Shown: positions 48,329 to 56,003 of the stretch, piece by piece
How the letters are laid out: each line of letters begins with the position of its first letter
Position numbering within the stretch: the first letter of the stretch is position 1
From: a virus
Lineage: Duplodnaviria > Caudoviricetes
Direction: 5' to 3' (one strand)
Length of the DNA stretch: 64,000 nt
IMG/VR virus record: IMGVR_UViG_3300008107_000020
The notes under the pieces: generated by a model
Database searches by the model: none
What the model saw: only the letters and a program-made list of their open reading frames with translations
Told to the model about the DNA's origin: nothing
Translations under genes and position numbers: made by a program

Positions 48329-48403
48329 GGCTCTATGGTGTAGCGGCAACATAGGAGACTCTAAATCTCACAGTCACGGGTTCGAACCCCGTTAGGGCCA
48401 CCA
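48329..48403 (+). tRNA. Amber suppressor tRNA (anticodon CUA) with encoded CCA
   Basis: GGCTCTA/TAGGGCC acceptor, GTGT/ACAT D stem, loop CT-CTA-AA, ACGGG-TTCGAAC-CCCGT, A-CCA. Confidence 0.88.
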
Positions 48404-48436
48404 AAAAATAAAAAAAATAAAATTTTTTTGAAAAAA

Positions 48437-48468
48437 CTTGTTTTTTTCAGAAACTTTGCTTAATTTTG
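48437..48468 (+). promoter_or_regulatory. Promoter P2 of the main tRNA array
   Basis: CTTG-N20-TAATTTTG. Confidence 0.7.
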
Positions 48469-48493
48469 TACTAATTATAACAATAACATAAAA

Positions 48494-48592
48494 ATGAAAA
48501 ATATGAACCTTCATATCGCAGTGATTAAACCGATGGCAGTGTGCCAGTGGTATCCTCGTGCCGTATCAGGTTCAGACCAAGTATTTTCATGA
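48494..48592 (+). CDS. 32-aa attenuator leader peptide
   Basis: MKNMNLHIAVIKPMAVCQWYPRAVSGSDQVFS*; A-rich initiation region; contains both terminator-competing segments. Confidence 0.75.
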   Translation: MKNMNLHIAVIKPMAVCQWYPRAVSGSDQVFS

Positions 48593-48626
48593 TGTTATAG
48601 AAATAAAACTAAAACTAAGAAAACAC

Positions 48627-48661
48627 AAAGCCCTGAACCTACAAGTTCAGGGTTTTTTTTT
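48627..48661 (+). terminator. Attenuator terminator immediately upstream of the tRNA array
   Basis: AAAGCCCTGAAC-CTACAA-GTTCAGGG-T9. Confidence 0.88.
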
Positions 48662-48694
48662 GTAGTTCTTTGACGTATTGGTAATTTTAAAAAT

Positions 48695-48769
48695 AGTGTA
48701 GTTGGCCAATTGGTAGGCCGCCTCATTTGGGATGAGGACATAGTGCAGGTTCGAGTCCTGTCTACGCTA
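48695..48769 (+). tRNA. tRNA-Pro(TGG)
   Basis: Cloverleaf; CCTCA-TTTGGGA-TGAGG. Confidence 0.85.
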
Positions 48770-48776
48770 CTTAATT

Positions 48777-48852
48777 CAGGATATGGGGGAGTCAGGTCGT
48801 CCCTACCTGCCTTGGACGCAGGGGATCGCTGGTTCGAATCCAGCTATCCTGA
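48777..48852 (+). tRNA. tRNA-Pro(TGG), second divergent copy
   Basis: Cloverleaf; CCTGC-CTTGGAC-GCAGG. Confidence 0.85.
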
Positions 48853-48858
48853 CACAAT

Positions 48859-48932
48859 GTCTTCGTAGCTCAGTTGGTTAGAGCACCTCACTTTTAATGA
48901 GGGAGTCACAGGTTCGAGTCCTGTCGGGGACA
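48859..48932 (+). tRNA. tRNA-Lys(TTT)
   Basis: Cloverleaf; CCTCA-CTTTTAA-TGAGG. Confidence 0.92.
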
Positions 48933-48937
48933 CAAAC

Positions 48938-49007
48938 GTATAAGTTGATCGTGGTGGTCGGTTGGTCTGCAAAACCAACGGTGTTGGTTCGATTCCAACC
49001 TTATACT
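48938..49007 (+). tRNA. tRNA-Cys(GCA)
   Basis: Cloverleaf; TTGGT-CTGCAAA-ACCAA; U73. Confidence 0.82.
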
Positions 49008-49016
49008 CAAATATAC

Positions 49017-49087
49017 ACGGATATGGTGAAATGGTATCATAATGGTCTCCAAAACCACAGTTCAGGGTTCGAATCCTTGTATCCGTG
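49017..49087 (+). tRNA. tRNA-Trp(CCA)
   Basis: Cloverleaf; loop CTCCAAA; G73. Confidence 0.88.
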
Positions 49088-49093
49088 CTAAAT

Positions 49094-49173
49094 GCCCTTG
49101 TAGGCGAATGGTATAGCCGCTGGTCTTAGAAACCAGAGCGAAAGCATTGCAGGTTCGAGTCCTGCCAGGGGTA
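49094..49173 (+). tRNA. tRNA-Leu(TAG)
   Basis: Cloverleaf with long variable arm; CTGGT-CTTAGAA-ACCAG. Confidence 0.9.
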
Positions 49174-49178
49174 CACAT

Positions 49179-49251
49179 GCACCTTTAGCTCAGTTGGTAG
49201 AGCGCTGCCCTTACATGGCAGATGTCATAGGTTCGAGTCCTATAGGGTGTA
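49179..49251 (+). tRNA. tRNA-Val(TAC)
   Basis: Cloverleaf; CTGCC-CTTACAT-GGCAG. Confidence 0.92.
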
Positions 49252-49255
49252 CAAA

Positions 49256-49387
49256 GGTTGATTGGGGAATGATCACATCAATAGTTCGAGAGTGAATACT
49301 GACTGGTGTGATCGGAGTTTGCAGGTATTCACCTAAGTAATGCCGATCGTAAAAGAGGATGTCCACTGAACCATCTTCCTCTTTCCT
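49256..49387 (+). ncRNA. Unidentified pseudoknotted structured RNA in the tRNA array
   Basis: Stems 49271-80/49304-13, 49292-99/49325-32 (crossing), 49260-65/49343-48 and 49352-59/49377-84. Confidence 0.6.
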
Positions 49388-49392
49388 AACTT

Positions 49393-49474
49393 GCCAGTAT
49401 CGCATAGCGGCAATTGCAGCGGATTGTAAACCCGCTCTCATTCGAGTTCGGTGGTTCGAGTCCACCTGCTGGCA
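49393..49474 (+). tRNA. tRNA-Tyr(GTA)
   Basis: Cloverleaf with long variable arm; loop TTGTAAA. Confidence 0.88.
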
Positions 49475-49486
49475 CTATTTATTAAT

Positions 49487-49948
49487 ATGAGGAAACTAAT
49501 ATTAATGATCGTAATGGTTTTATCCACAACGATTTGTAAATCACAAATTGTGATAGATAAAGCTGGGGATGGTTGGGATCTAAGAGCTGATAGCGCTTTG
49601 GTGATTATTAAGCAAACAGATACCACCGCATATAAACTCGTATTACGAGTTTGTAATAAAATAACTTTTTGGTCTGGGAACTACTCAACAAACGAGGGTT
49701 CTAAAGATACAAAAGGAAGTATAATAATATCATCGACAGATGCTAGGGCTAAATCCTTAAACAATCTAGCGGCTGTTATTGTGCACGAATCTTTACACCT
49801 TTATCTTAGATATAGGGGTGTTCAAGAATCACCAAGAGAAGAAATACTCTGTTACTCATATGAGTATGACTTCTTAAGGAAAATACCAAATGTTGAACAA
49901 TATCTGTTAGACCATTGTCTAAGACAGATAAACCTTCGACAAAATTAA
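49487..49948 (+). CDS. Secreted HExxH (zincin-like) protein inserted in the tRNA array
   Basis: Signal peptide MRKLILMIVMVLSTTICKSQ; VIVHESLHLY and a downstream EE. The track start at 49451 overlaps tRNA-Tyr. Confidence 0.7.
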   Translation: MRKLILMIVMVLSTTICKSQIVIDKAGDGWDLRADSALVIIKQTDTTAYKLVLRVCNKITFWSGNYSTNEGSKDTKGSIIISSTDARAKSLNNLAAVIVHESLHLYLRYRGVQESPREEILCYSYEYDFLRKIPNVEQYLLDHCLRQINLRQN

Positions 49949-49949
49949 T

Positions 49950-50022
49950 GGGGTTATAGCTCAATTGGCTGAGCGCTTCCCTTGCAAGGAAGAGGATGTG
50001 GGTTCGAGTCCCATTAGCTCCA
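49950..50022 (+). tRNA. tRNA-Ala(TGC)
   Basis: Cloverleaf; G3:U70; loop CTTGCAA. Confidence 0.92.
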
Positions 50023-50028
50023 CTATAT

Positions 50029-50102
50029 TGTCCTTTGGTGTAATGGCAGCACATCTGGTTTTGAGCCAGAGAATTCAGGTTCGAGTCCTGAAGGGACAAC
50101 CA
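50029..50102 (+). tRNA. tRNA-Gln(TTG)
   Basis: Cloverleaf; U1:A72; loop TTTTGAG; encoded CCA. Confidence 0.88.
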
Positions 50103-50105
50103 AAT

Positions 50106-50180
50106 GGCGAGATAGCTCAGAGGAAGAGCATTCGGCTCATATCCGAAAGGTCGGGATTTCGAAATTCCCTCTCGCTACCA
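50106..50180 (+). tRNA. tRNA with CAT anticodon (elongator Met or Ile2)
   Basis: Cloverleaf; TTCGG-CTCATAT-CCGAA; lacks initiator GGG/CCC; encoded CCA. Confidence 0.85.
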
Positions 50181-50185
50181 TACAT

Positions 50186-50259
50186 GGTGTCTGTAGCTCA
50201 ATCGGGAGAGCACTTGATTGTGATTCAAGAGGTAGTGGGATCGAAACCCACCAGTCACC
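50186..50259 (+). tRNA. tRNA-His(GTG)
   Basis: Cloverleaf with G-1 and C73; loop TTGTGAT. Confidence 0.85.
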
Positions 50260-50262
50260 CAA

Positions 50263-50377
50263 AATAGGTTACCCCGTTTGTTCCGTCAGGGGTTATAAAA
50301 TAGATATCAGTTAACGGAACCCATGATGGAGACCCTGCCAAGAAAGTGGGTGAAAGATATTGTAACAATGACCTATT
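50263..50377 (+). ncRNA. Second candidate pseudoknotted RNA in the tRNA array
   Basis: Closing stem 50263-69/50371-77; 50271-75/50289-93 crossed by 50280-86/50314-20. Confidence 0.45.
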
Positions 50378-50381
50378 ATTT

Positions 50382-50455
50382 GCCTTCATAGCTCAATGGA
50401 TTAGAGCGTTTCGCTACGAACGAAAAGGTTGGGAGTTCGAGTCTCTCTGAAGGTA
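50382..50455 (+). tRNA. tRNA-Arg(ACG)
   Basis: Cloverleaf; TTTCG-CTACGAA-CGAAA. Confidence 0.92.
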
Positions 50456-50515
50456 CAATAAACCTGTTTTTGTAACGATAAACCAAACAAGTTTATTGAG
50501 CAAAATCTAATTTAT

Positions 50516-50589
50516 CGTCCTGTAGCTCAGTTGGTTAGAGCGTCTGCCTGATACGCAGAAGGCCGCTGGTTCGAGTCCAGCTAGGACGA
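50516..50589 (+). tRNA. tRNA-Ile(GAT)
   Basis: Cloverleaf; TCTGC-CTGATAC-GCAGA. Confidence 0.9.
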
Positions 50590-50655
50590 CTCAATATTTT
50601 AATTACCAGTACTGTCTTTTTTTCGTTTATAAAAGTATTTATAATAAAAGCTTTT

Positions 50656-51546
50656 ATGAAAAAAATTACCTTAAACGAAGAACTTACCAGAATGCAAGAA
50701 ATGATGGGTGTTAAGCATACTAGCCCAAGTGGTAAGGTTACAAATATGTCACCAGAAGATGATGACTATGAAATTAATTATGGTAAAGATGCCATAAAAG
50801 AACTTTCTCCTTCAGACATAGTTGGTTCAATGAGAGAAGAAGAGACTGATGAAAATACGGAAGTCCTTAATAAATTCAAAGACCAATACGGAGACAAAAA
50901 AGGTGAAAAAATTTATTACGCAACTGCTAATAGTCAGGATAGAGATCCAGAAACTTTTGAAAAGAATGAAGAGTCTGCAATTGGTGGATGGGATCTTGCT
51001 ATGGAAGAAGACGCTAGAGTTGATTCTGATAATAGGGTTGATTATCTTGCAAATGCGTTAGAACATATTTGGAATATGGGTAGTGGTAAAAATGATATTG
51101 ATTTCAAATCAGTCGCCCAATCACTTTGTGATGATATGTTCGGAGAACCAGAAGAAAATACAGATGAAATTCCAGGTTTTGAGGGTACCAAAGACGCTTT
51201 AGATGATTTAAGTATCAGAGAAGAAGAAAAATCTTTCATGGAAACAAGAGGTGGTGCAGAAGGTCCAGTTTATGAAAATGAAGAAATGGGTGAGGGTAAA
51301 AAATTTAAACAAGAAACGTATTTTGAAACACAAGCTGGTGCTTTAGAATCGGCTAAAGAATACGCAGCTCAAAAAGGCTATGTTGCTAACTTTGAAAGTA
51401 TAACACCACAACATGTTGCTTATGGTCAAACCGTTAGTTACAGCGTTGAATTAATGAAGGATGGTATGCCAGTTAAAAAAATGTTACAGATATCTTTATA
51501 TAGAATGGAATCTGGTAGGTATGAGCTAACGAATTATATTAACTAA
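50656..51546 (+). CDS. Acidic hypothetical protein with the shared LNEE-x-MMG N-terminal tag
   Basis: MKKITLNEELTRMQEMMGV. Confidence 0.75.
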   Translation: MKKITLNEELTRMQEMMGVKHTSPSGKVTNMSPEDDDYEINYGKDAIKELSPSDIVGSMREEETDENTEVLNKFKDQYGDKKGEKIYYATANSQDRDPETFEKNEESAIGGWDLAMEEDARVDSDNRVDYLANALEHIWNMGSGKNDIDFKSVAQSLCDDMFGEPEENTDEIPGFEGTKDALDDLSIREEEKSFMETRGGAEGPVYENEEMGEGKKFKQETYFETQAGALESAKEYAAQKGYVANFESITPQHVAYGQTVSYSVELMKDGMPVKKMLQISLYRMESGRYELTNYIN

Positions 51547-51547
51547 A

Positions 51548-51814
51548 ATGAAAGAGTTTATCCGTTTATACATAATACCCTTTTTGGTTTTGATGATATT
51601 CCAATGCGGCTTTGTATACGGTATTTTAGCCCTTACTATCGGTAAAGTAAATCCGTTAGATTGGCACCCAGTAATTTACACCTTATTTTTTGAGTTTGTT
51701 TTACTAATAAGTTATACAAGTTATAGGGCTTTAAGCGATGACGATAAATTTTTTGATATAGAAAGTACTTATTTTAATTATAAACACGAAGAAGAAAATA
51801 AAAACAACAATTAA
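51548..51814 (+). CDS. Two-TM membrane protein
   Basis: Two hydrophobic helices. Confidence 0.65.
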   Translation: MKEFIRLYIIPFLVLMIFQCGFVYGILALTIGKVNPLDWHPVIYTLFFEFVLLISYTSYRALSDDDKFFDIESTYFNYKHEEENKNNN

Positions 51815-51825
51815 ATAAAACAACA

Positions 51826-53049
51826 ATGGCAGGCACATCAAAAAGATATTACGTTGTAAATGACAATTATAATCAGGATCTAAACCAATATTACGAAAAC
51901 GGGTACCCGAGCTATATAATATATAAACAAAGGGGTAATAACGGTGATACCGCTATGATCTTATTTAGTGAAAAGAATTTACCAATAGCAGACATATTCC
52001 CAGACCCCCCAGGGTTTGCTTACCCAGTTGGTTATGTTGGAGATACCATTCACCCATCTGTTGATGGGTCTAACAAATATGTCGTTACAATGACATCAAC
52101 AACAGATGTTGACAGACATCCTAAATTTTATGTTGCTGATACCCAAAACGATTTAAGGGATATGTTAATAAGATTATTCCCAACTGTTTCTTTAACTGGA
52201 AGTACGTACAATTCTTATTTAAATTTATTAAACGAGTTACATGGACCAGGTAATGGTTATTTGACATACCATAATTTATTACATCCAGGTTTTCCATTCC
52301 CTTCTGGTTATGGGGATGGTACGTATTTAAATCCATCATTAGTTATAGACCCATACTTTATAGATTGTTGGGATAGATCGTCAAATGCTTTTTACGATAT
52401 ATCATACCACAACGACTCCACTCTTTTTATATGTCCAGCTGGCGTACCTAATGTTAACTTTAACACAACAGGCGCTTTTACAGGCCTTAACACAAAACCA
52501 TTGATTGGTATTAATTATTTTAATACTGTCGCACCTATAACATCAACAAGTAGCACAATGGGTATAGAATTTTGGATTAAAAACGCTGACAACACAGCTG
52601 GTGTTTCAATTCCAGCATTTATAAGAGGTTGGTCTAGTGGTCAAATCGCTTGCGGTGTTACTATAAACAATGGTACTGTTTATGCATACTCAAACGGTAG
52701 TCAAGTTCAAGTTTCAATTAGTAATATTCTTAATGCTGGTGTGTGGAATCATATTTTTGTTTCTTATGAACAAGTTGGCGCTGGTATTGGGATAAGATGT
52801 TGGGTTAACGGTGCTGAATTCACGTTAAATGGTATACCTATTGTTGGTAACGCTATTGTTGGTACACATCAAGAAACAGCAACAATTGGTTGTTACACGG
52901 CAAATGGTACAACCATAGACAGTTCAATGCCAACATTTGGTTCAACACATGAAATAGCTATGATTAGATTTTATGGTGATGACACATTATCATTAAATAA
53001 TGAAATACAATATTTATATAAAGCAACTTACGAAAGATTTTTCCTATAA
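51826..53049 (+). CDS. Probable virion protein with C-terminal LamG/ConA-like domain
   Basis: MGIEFWIK...GVWNHIFVSY...RCWVNG...IAMIRFY. Confidence 0.65.
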   Translation: MAGTSKRYYVVNDNYNQDLNQYYENGYPSYIIYKQRGNNGDTAMILFSEKNLPIADIFPDPPGFAYPVGYVGDTIHPSVDGSNKYVVTMTSTTDVDRHPKFYVADTQNDLRDMLIRLFPTVSLTGSTYNSYLNLLNELHGPGNGYLTYHNLLHPGFPFPSGYGDGTYLNPSLVIDPYFIDCWDRSSNAFYDISYHNDSTLFICPAGVPNVNFNTTGAFTGLNTKPLIGINYFNTVAPITSTSSTMGIEFWIKNADNTAGVSIPAFIRGWSSGQIACGVTINNGTVYAYSNGSQVQVSISNILNAGVWNHIFVSYEQVGAGIGIRCWVNGAEFTLNGIPIVGNAIVGTHQETATIGCYTANGTTIDSSMPTFGSTHEIAMIRFYGDDTLSLNNEIQYLYKATYERFFL

Positions 53050-53052
53050 CAC

Positions 53053-53586
53053 ATGCAAAACATTAACGAACAAATATCACGTATAAAATCCATGATGGGT
53101 TTAAATGAAGATGGGTCAACACCACAATCACAAAACCCTACTGGTAAAACTAAACGTAAATGGGATAGCGGTGTTGCTAGAAGCGGACCAGCTAACCCTA
53201 TCGGTGTTGCACCGTCTAGTGTAAGAACAACACATGGTAGAGCTAATCCTATTGAATTAGCCGAAGATGACTCAACAAAACTTGAATCATTCGCTGAGAC
53301 AAGATTGGGTGGTGCTGAAACAATTGCTAGTAACGCCAAAGAAAAAGGTGGTGCTGCGTTATTAACCTATCACCATTTCGAAGTGAAATTAGAATATTAC
53401 GAAAAAGCTTCCAAAGGTGAGTTGGATATAGAAGACGCTAAAAAAGAATACAAAGATTTGTTAGAAAAACTATACACATCCACAAAAAGTGATATGGGTA
53501 TTGAACAAATAGATTTTCAAGAGCTACTCGGGAAAATGGAAGTCCTGGGGGAGTTGATAATTAAAGAAAATGAAAAAGGAGCTTAA
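53053..53586 (+). CDS. Hypothetical protein with the shared N-terminal tag
   Basis: MQNINEQISRIKSMMGLNE. Confidence 0.72.
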   Translation: MQNINEQISRIKSMMGLNEDGSTPQSQNPTGKTKRKWDSGVARSGPANPIGVAPSSVRTTHGRANPIELAEDDSTKLESFAETRLGGAETIASNAKEKGGAALLTYHHFEVKLEYYEKASKGELDIEDAKKEYKDLLEKLYTSTKSDMGIEQIDFQELLGKMEVLGELIIKENEKGA

Positions 53587-53600
53587 AAGCTCCTTTTTTT
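53573..53600. terminator. Bidirectional terminator
   Basis: AAAAAGGAGCT-TAAA-AGCTCCTTTTT between convergent genes. Confidence 0.85.
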
Positions 53601-54873
53601 ATGAGAATGAAAGTGTTATTGGAACACCACTAACAAATGGTGAAGCTGCTGTTACTGTTTGTGTAGCAGGACCCGTTTGCATTACGAAGAATCCAGACGC
53701 ACCATCAACAAAGAACGTACCTGGTATTACACTCGTATATGTTGCGATATTGACACCCTGTGTCATAGTTATTGTACCGCCATTAGTTTGTAATGCGGTA
53801 AATTGAGTTGTATAATCAGTACCAGCGCTATCACTTAAGTTGAAATAAATTTCGTTGACACCATTTGTTTTATTTGGGTTATATGTTTCAACTTTAGGTG
53901 AACCGTTTATTAGGAATATAGCATTACCATCTGCTGTTGGAGCAAGTGCATTTATATTACCTTCGTCACTATAGAATAACCATCCAGCCCCGCCACCAGA
54001 TCCGCTAGTTCCTGAAGTACCAGATGTACCGCTAGTTCCACCAATTGTCATACTTATTCCACTCGCATTTGCACCAGCCCCCCATGTATAATTGTATGTA
54101 CCTTCTGTTAGATTTAAAGCTGATATTGTTGTATTGTTAAATGTCATACTACCTGAAATAGACTGACCAGATGTATACCCTGTTGGGACAACCACTAAAT
54201 ACGGTGGTGCACCATCAAAAATAACACCGATAGGACCACCTGTACCTGAAGAAGCGGATGCACCACCCGAACCAAAGTTAGCTGGCGTATTAATTGTTGA
54301 CCCGCTATACTGATCAAAATAAGTGGTACCACCAATTATGAAAGTAGCCGAACCAGCACCAAGACCACCCTGACCAGGACCTTGAGATTGACCCACATAT
54401 ATTAAGCCATCAATATTAAGGGAACCACTACCGTTAACAACAACATTATTACCTGATTGCATTATTGTTATTGTATATCCTGTAGGTGATCCACCACCGC
54501 CAGTATAATCATTTACAATGGCAAAAGAAGAAGATGCTAAAGCATTTCTAGCGGCTGTAACATTTGAGTAATTACCAGCTGAACCAGGTAATTTATTAAT
54601 CAAATCAATTAAAGCTTGGTCAGTTAACCCATCCGATTTCCAAAACGTTGGTGTGTTGGATTGTGCGATACCAGTACCGCCACCAGTTGTTCTACCAACT
54701 AAATTAGCACTTGTTGTGTCACTAACAATAACATAACCATCACTGTTATCAACCCCACCAACCCAACTACCTTCCGTATAGTCTGGATTATTATCTGTCG
54801 CAATTGCGATATCATTAACCTGAGTTGTTCCCGATATGGTACCACCCGTATTATAAGCTACATCTTTTATCAT
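53599..54873 (-). CDS. Gly/Thr-rich probable virion structural protein
   Basis: Beta-rich modules with a short GTSGTSGTSG linker; N-terminus (DVAYNTGG) similar to the 54953 ORF (VVAYNSGT). Confidence 0.65.
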   Translation of the reverse strand: MIKDVAYNTGGTISGTTQVNDIAIATDNNPDYTEGSWVGGVDNSDGYVIVSDTTSANLVGRTTGGGTGIAQSNTPTFWKSDGLTDQALIDLINKLPGSAGNYSNVTAARNALASSSFAIVNDYTGGGGSPTGYTITIMQSGNNVVVNGSGSLNIDGLIYVGQSQGPGQGGLGAGSATFIIGGTTYFDQYSGSTINTPANFGSGGASASSGTGGPIGVIFDGAPPYLVVVPTGYTSGQSISGSMTFNNTTISALNLTEGTYNYTWGAGANASGISMTIGGTSGTSGTSGTSGSGGGAGWLFYSDEGNINALAPTADGNAIFLINGSPKVETYNPNKTNGVNEIYFNLSDSAGTDYTTQFTALQTNGGTITMTQGVNIATYTSVIPGTFFVDGASGFFVMQTGPATQTVTAASPFVSGVPITLSFS

Positions 54874-54952
54874 CTTAATTATATTTCTTTTTTAATTCTA
54901 CTATAAATATCTTATTATTGTTTAATGTTAATTAAACTCTTTGTTTTTATCG

Positions 54953-56002
54953 TTAAAGACCGTATCTTGATTTTGTTTCGTTATATTCCGCTAATATTTC
55001 AGCACCCGTTATATTTGATTTCCATATTTTAAATATACCCATATTGGCGTTCATTTGATAAGAATTACCACCAATAGCACCCATCCACCAGTTACTGTTG
55101 TTCATACCGATATTACTAACTGGCGAACCACCACTGGCAGTGGCGATTTCAGTACCATTTTTATAAAATTTTATAGATGGTGTTGTTTTATTAAAAACAA
55201 ACGTTAACATTTGCCATGTGTTTACAGAAACTGTATTACTAGCTGTCGATGTTGTGTTACCAACAGAACCGTTACCAGCCTCAAAATTCATCGTATAGTT
55301 TGTTGTTGTCCAGTTATTCCAGGACATTTTAAATCCATTTGTGGCTGTATTGGCACCGCAATTGGACATTAAGTTATTAATACTAGCCTCAGTTCTTGGA
55401 TAAACCCAAGCATTTACGGTTATGTTATTACCAAAATCATATTGCCCAAAGGTTATGGTATCACTCACACCATCAAAATTAAAAACCCCACCAGCTGTCG
55501 CACCGTCATAAGCAACACCACTTAAGGTTCCTTGTGTACCAGTTATATCACCAATTAAACCTATGTTCTTTAAAGTTGTTCCAGAACCTGTATATGATAA
55601 AACATTACCTGGATCATAATAAAATTGAGCAGAGGGTACGCTACTTGGTTGATTAATTAAATAATATTTATTACTATCGTTAACCCACGTTACAGCAGCT
55701 GCAACTGTATCTAATAAAGTCATACCACGTCTGTCGTTTAACCTATTTACTATCGCCAAAAAATCAGCGTCAGATGTCGCAACCCAAAATAAAGGTTTTG
55801 CATTACCCTGTGTACTAAAACCAAGATCATACGAATTAGAGATCATTACATAGTCGTTGCTGTAGGAAGGCGAATTATACCAAGTTAAACCACCAGTGTT
55901 CACCCTATAGTTATTAGCGACCGTACCAACTTCATTGTTACCGTATTTAGTACCATAGGCTGTTACAGTGCCACTATTATATGCTACAACTTTATTACTC
56001 AA
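54953..56002 (-). CDS. LamG/ConA-like domain virion protein
   Basis: FYYDPGN..SY.GSG, FNFDGVSD, ITVNAWVYP, WQMLTFVF, IKFYKNG. Confidence 0.75.
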   Translation of the reverse strand: MSNKVVAYNSGTVTAYGTKYGNNEVGTVANNYRVNTGGLTWYNSPSYSNDYVMISNSYDLGFSTQGNAKPLFWVATSDADFLAIVNRLNDRRGMTLLDTVAAAVTWVNDSNKYYLINQPSSVPSAQFYYDPGNVLSYTGSGTTLKNIGLIGDITGTQGTLSGVAYDGATAGGVFNFDGVSDTITFGQYDFGNNITVNAWVYPRTEASINNLMSNCGANTATNGFKMSWNNWTTTNYTMNFEAGNGSVGNTTSTASNTVSVNTWQMLTFVFNKTTPSIKFYKNGTEIATASGGSPVSNIGMNNSNWWMGAIGGNSYQMNANMGIFKIWKSNITGAEILAEYNETKSRYGL

Positions 56003-56003
56003 T

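Noticed and set aside
48329-48403. tRNA-Pyl
   Set aside because: It shares the CUCUAAA loop but has a canonical D-loop GG, TTCGA T-loop, two nt between acceptor and D stems and a 5-nt variable loop. No pyl genes are in the window.
48404-48436. Theta (HDV-like) ribozyme 3' of the suppressor tRNA
   Set aside because: The downstream sequence is an A/T homopolymer tract and promoter; no nested double pseudoknot is possible.
48124-50267. Track ORFs overlapping tRNA genes (48124, 48897, 49211, 49438, 49806, 49965)
   Set aside because: They are translations of tRNA sequence on either strand.
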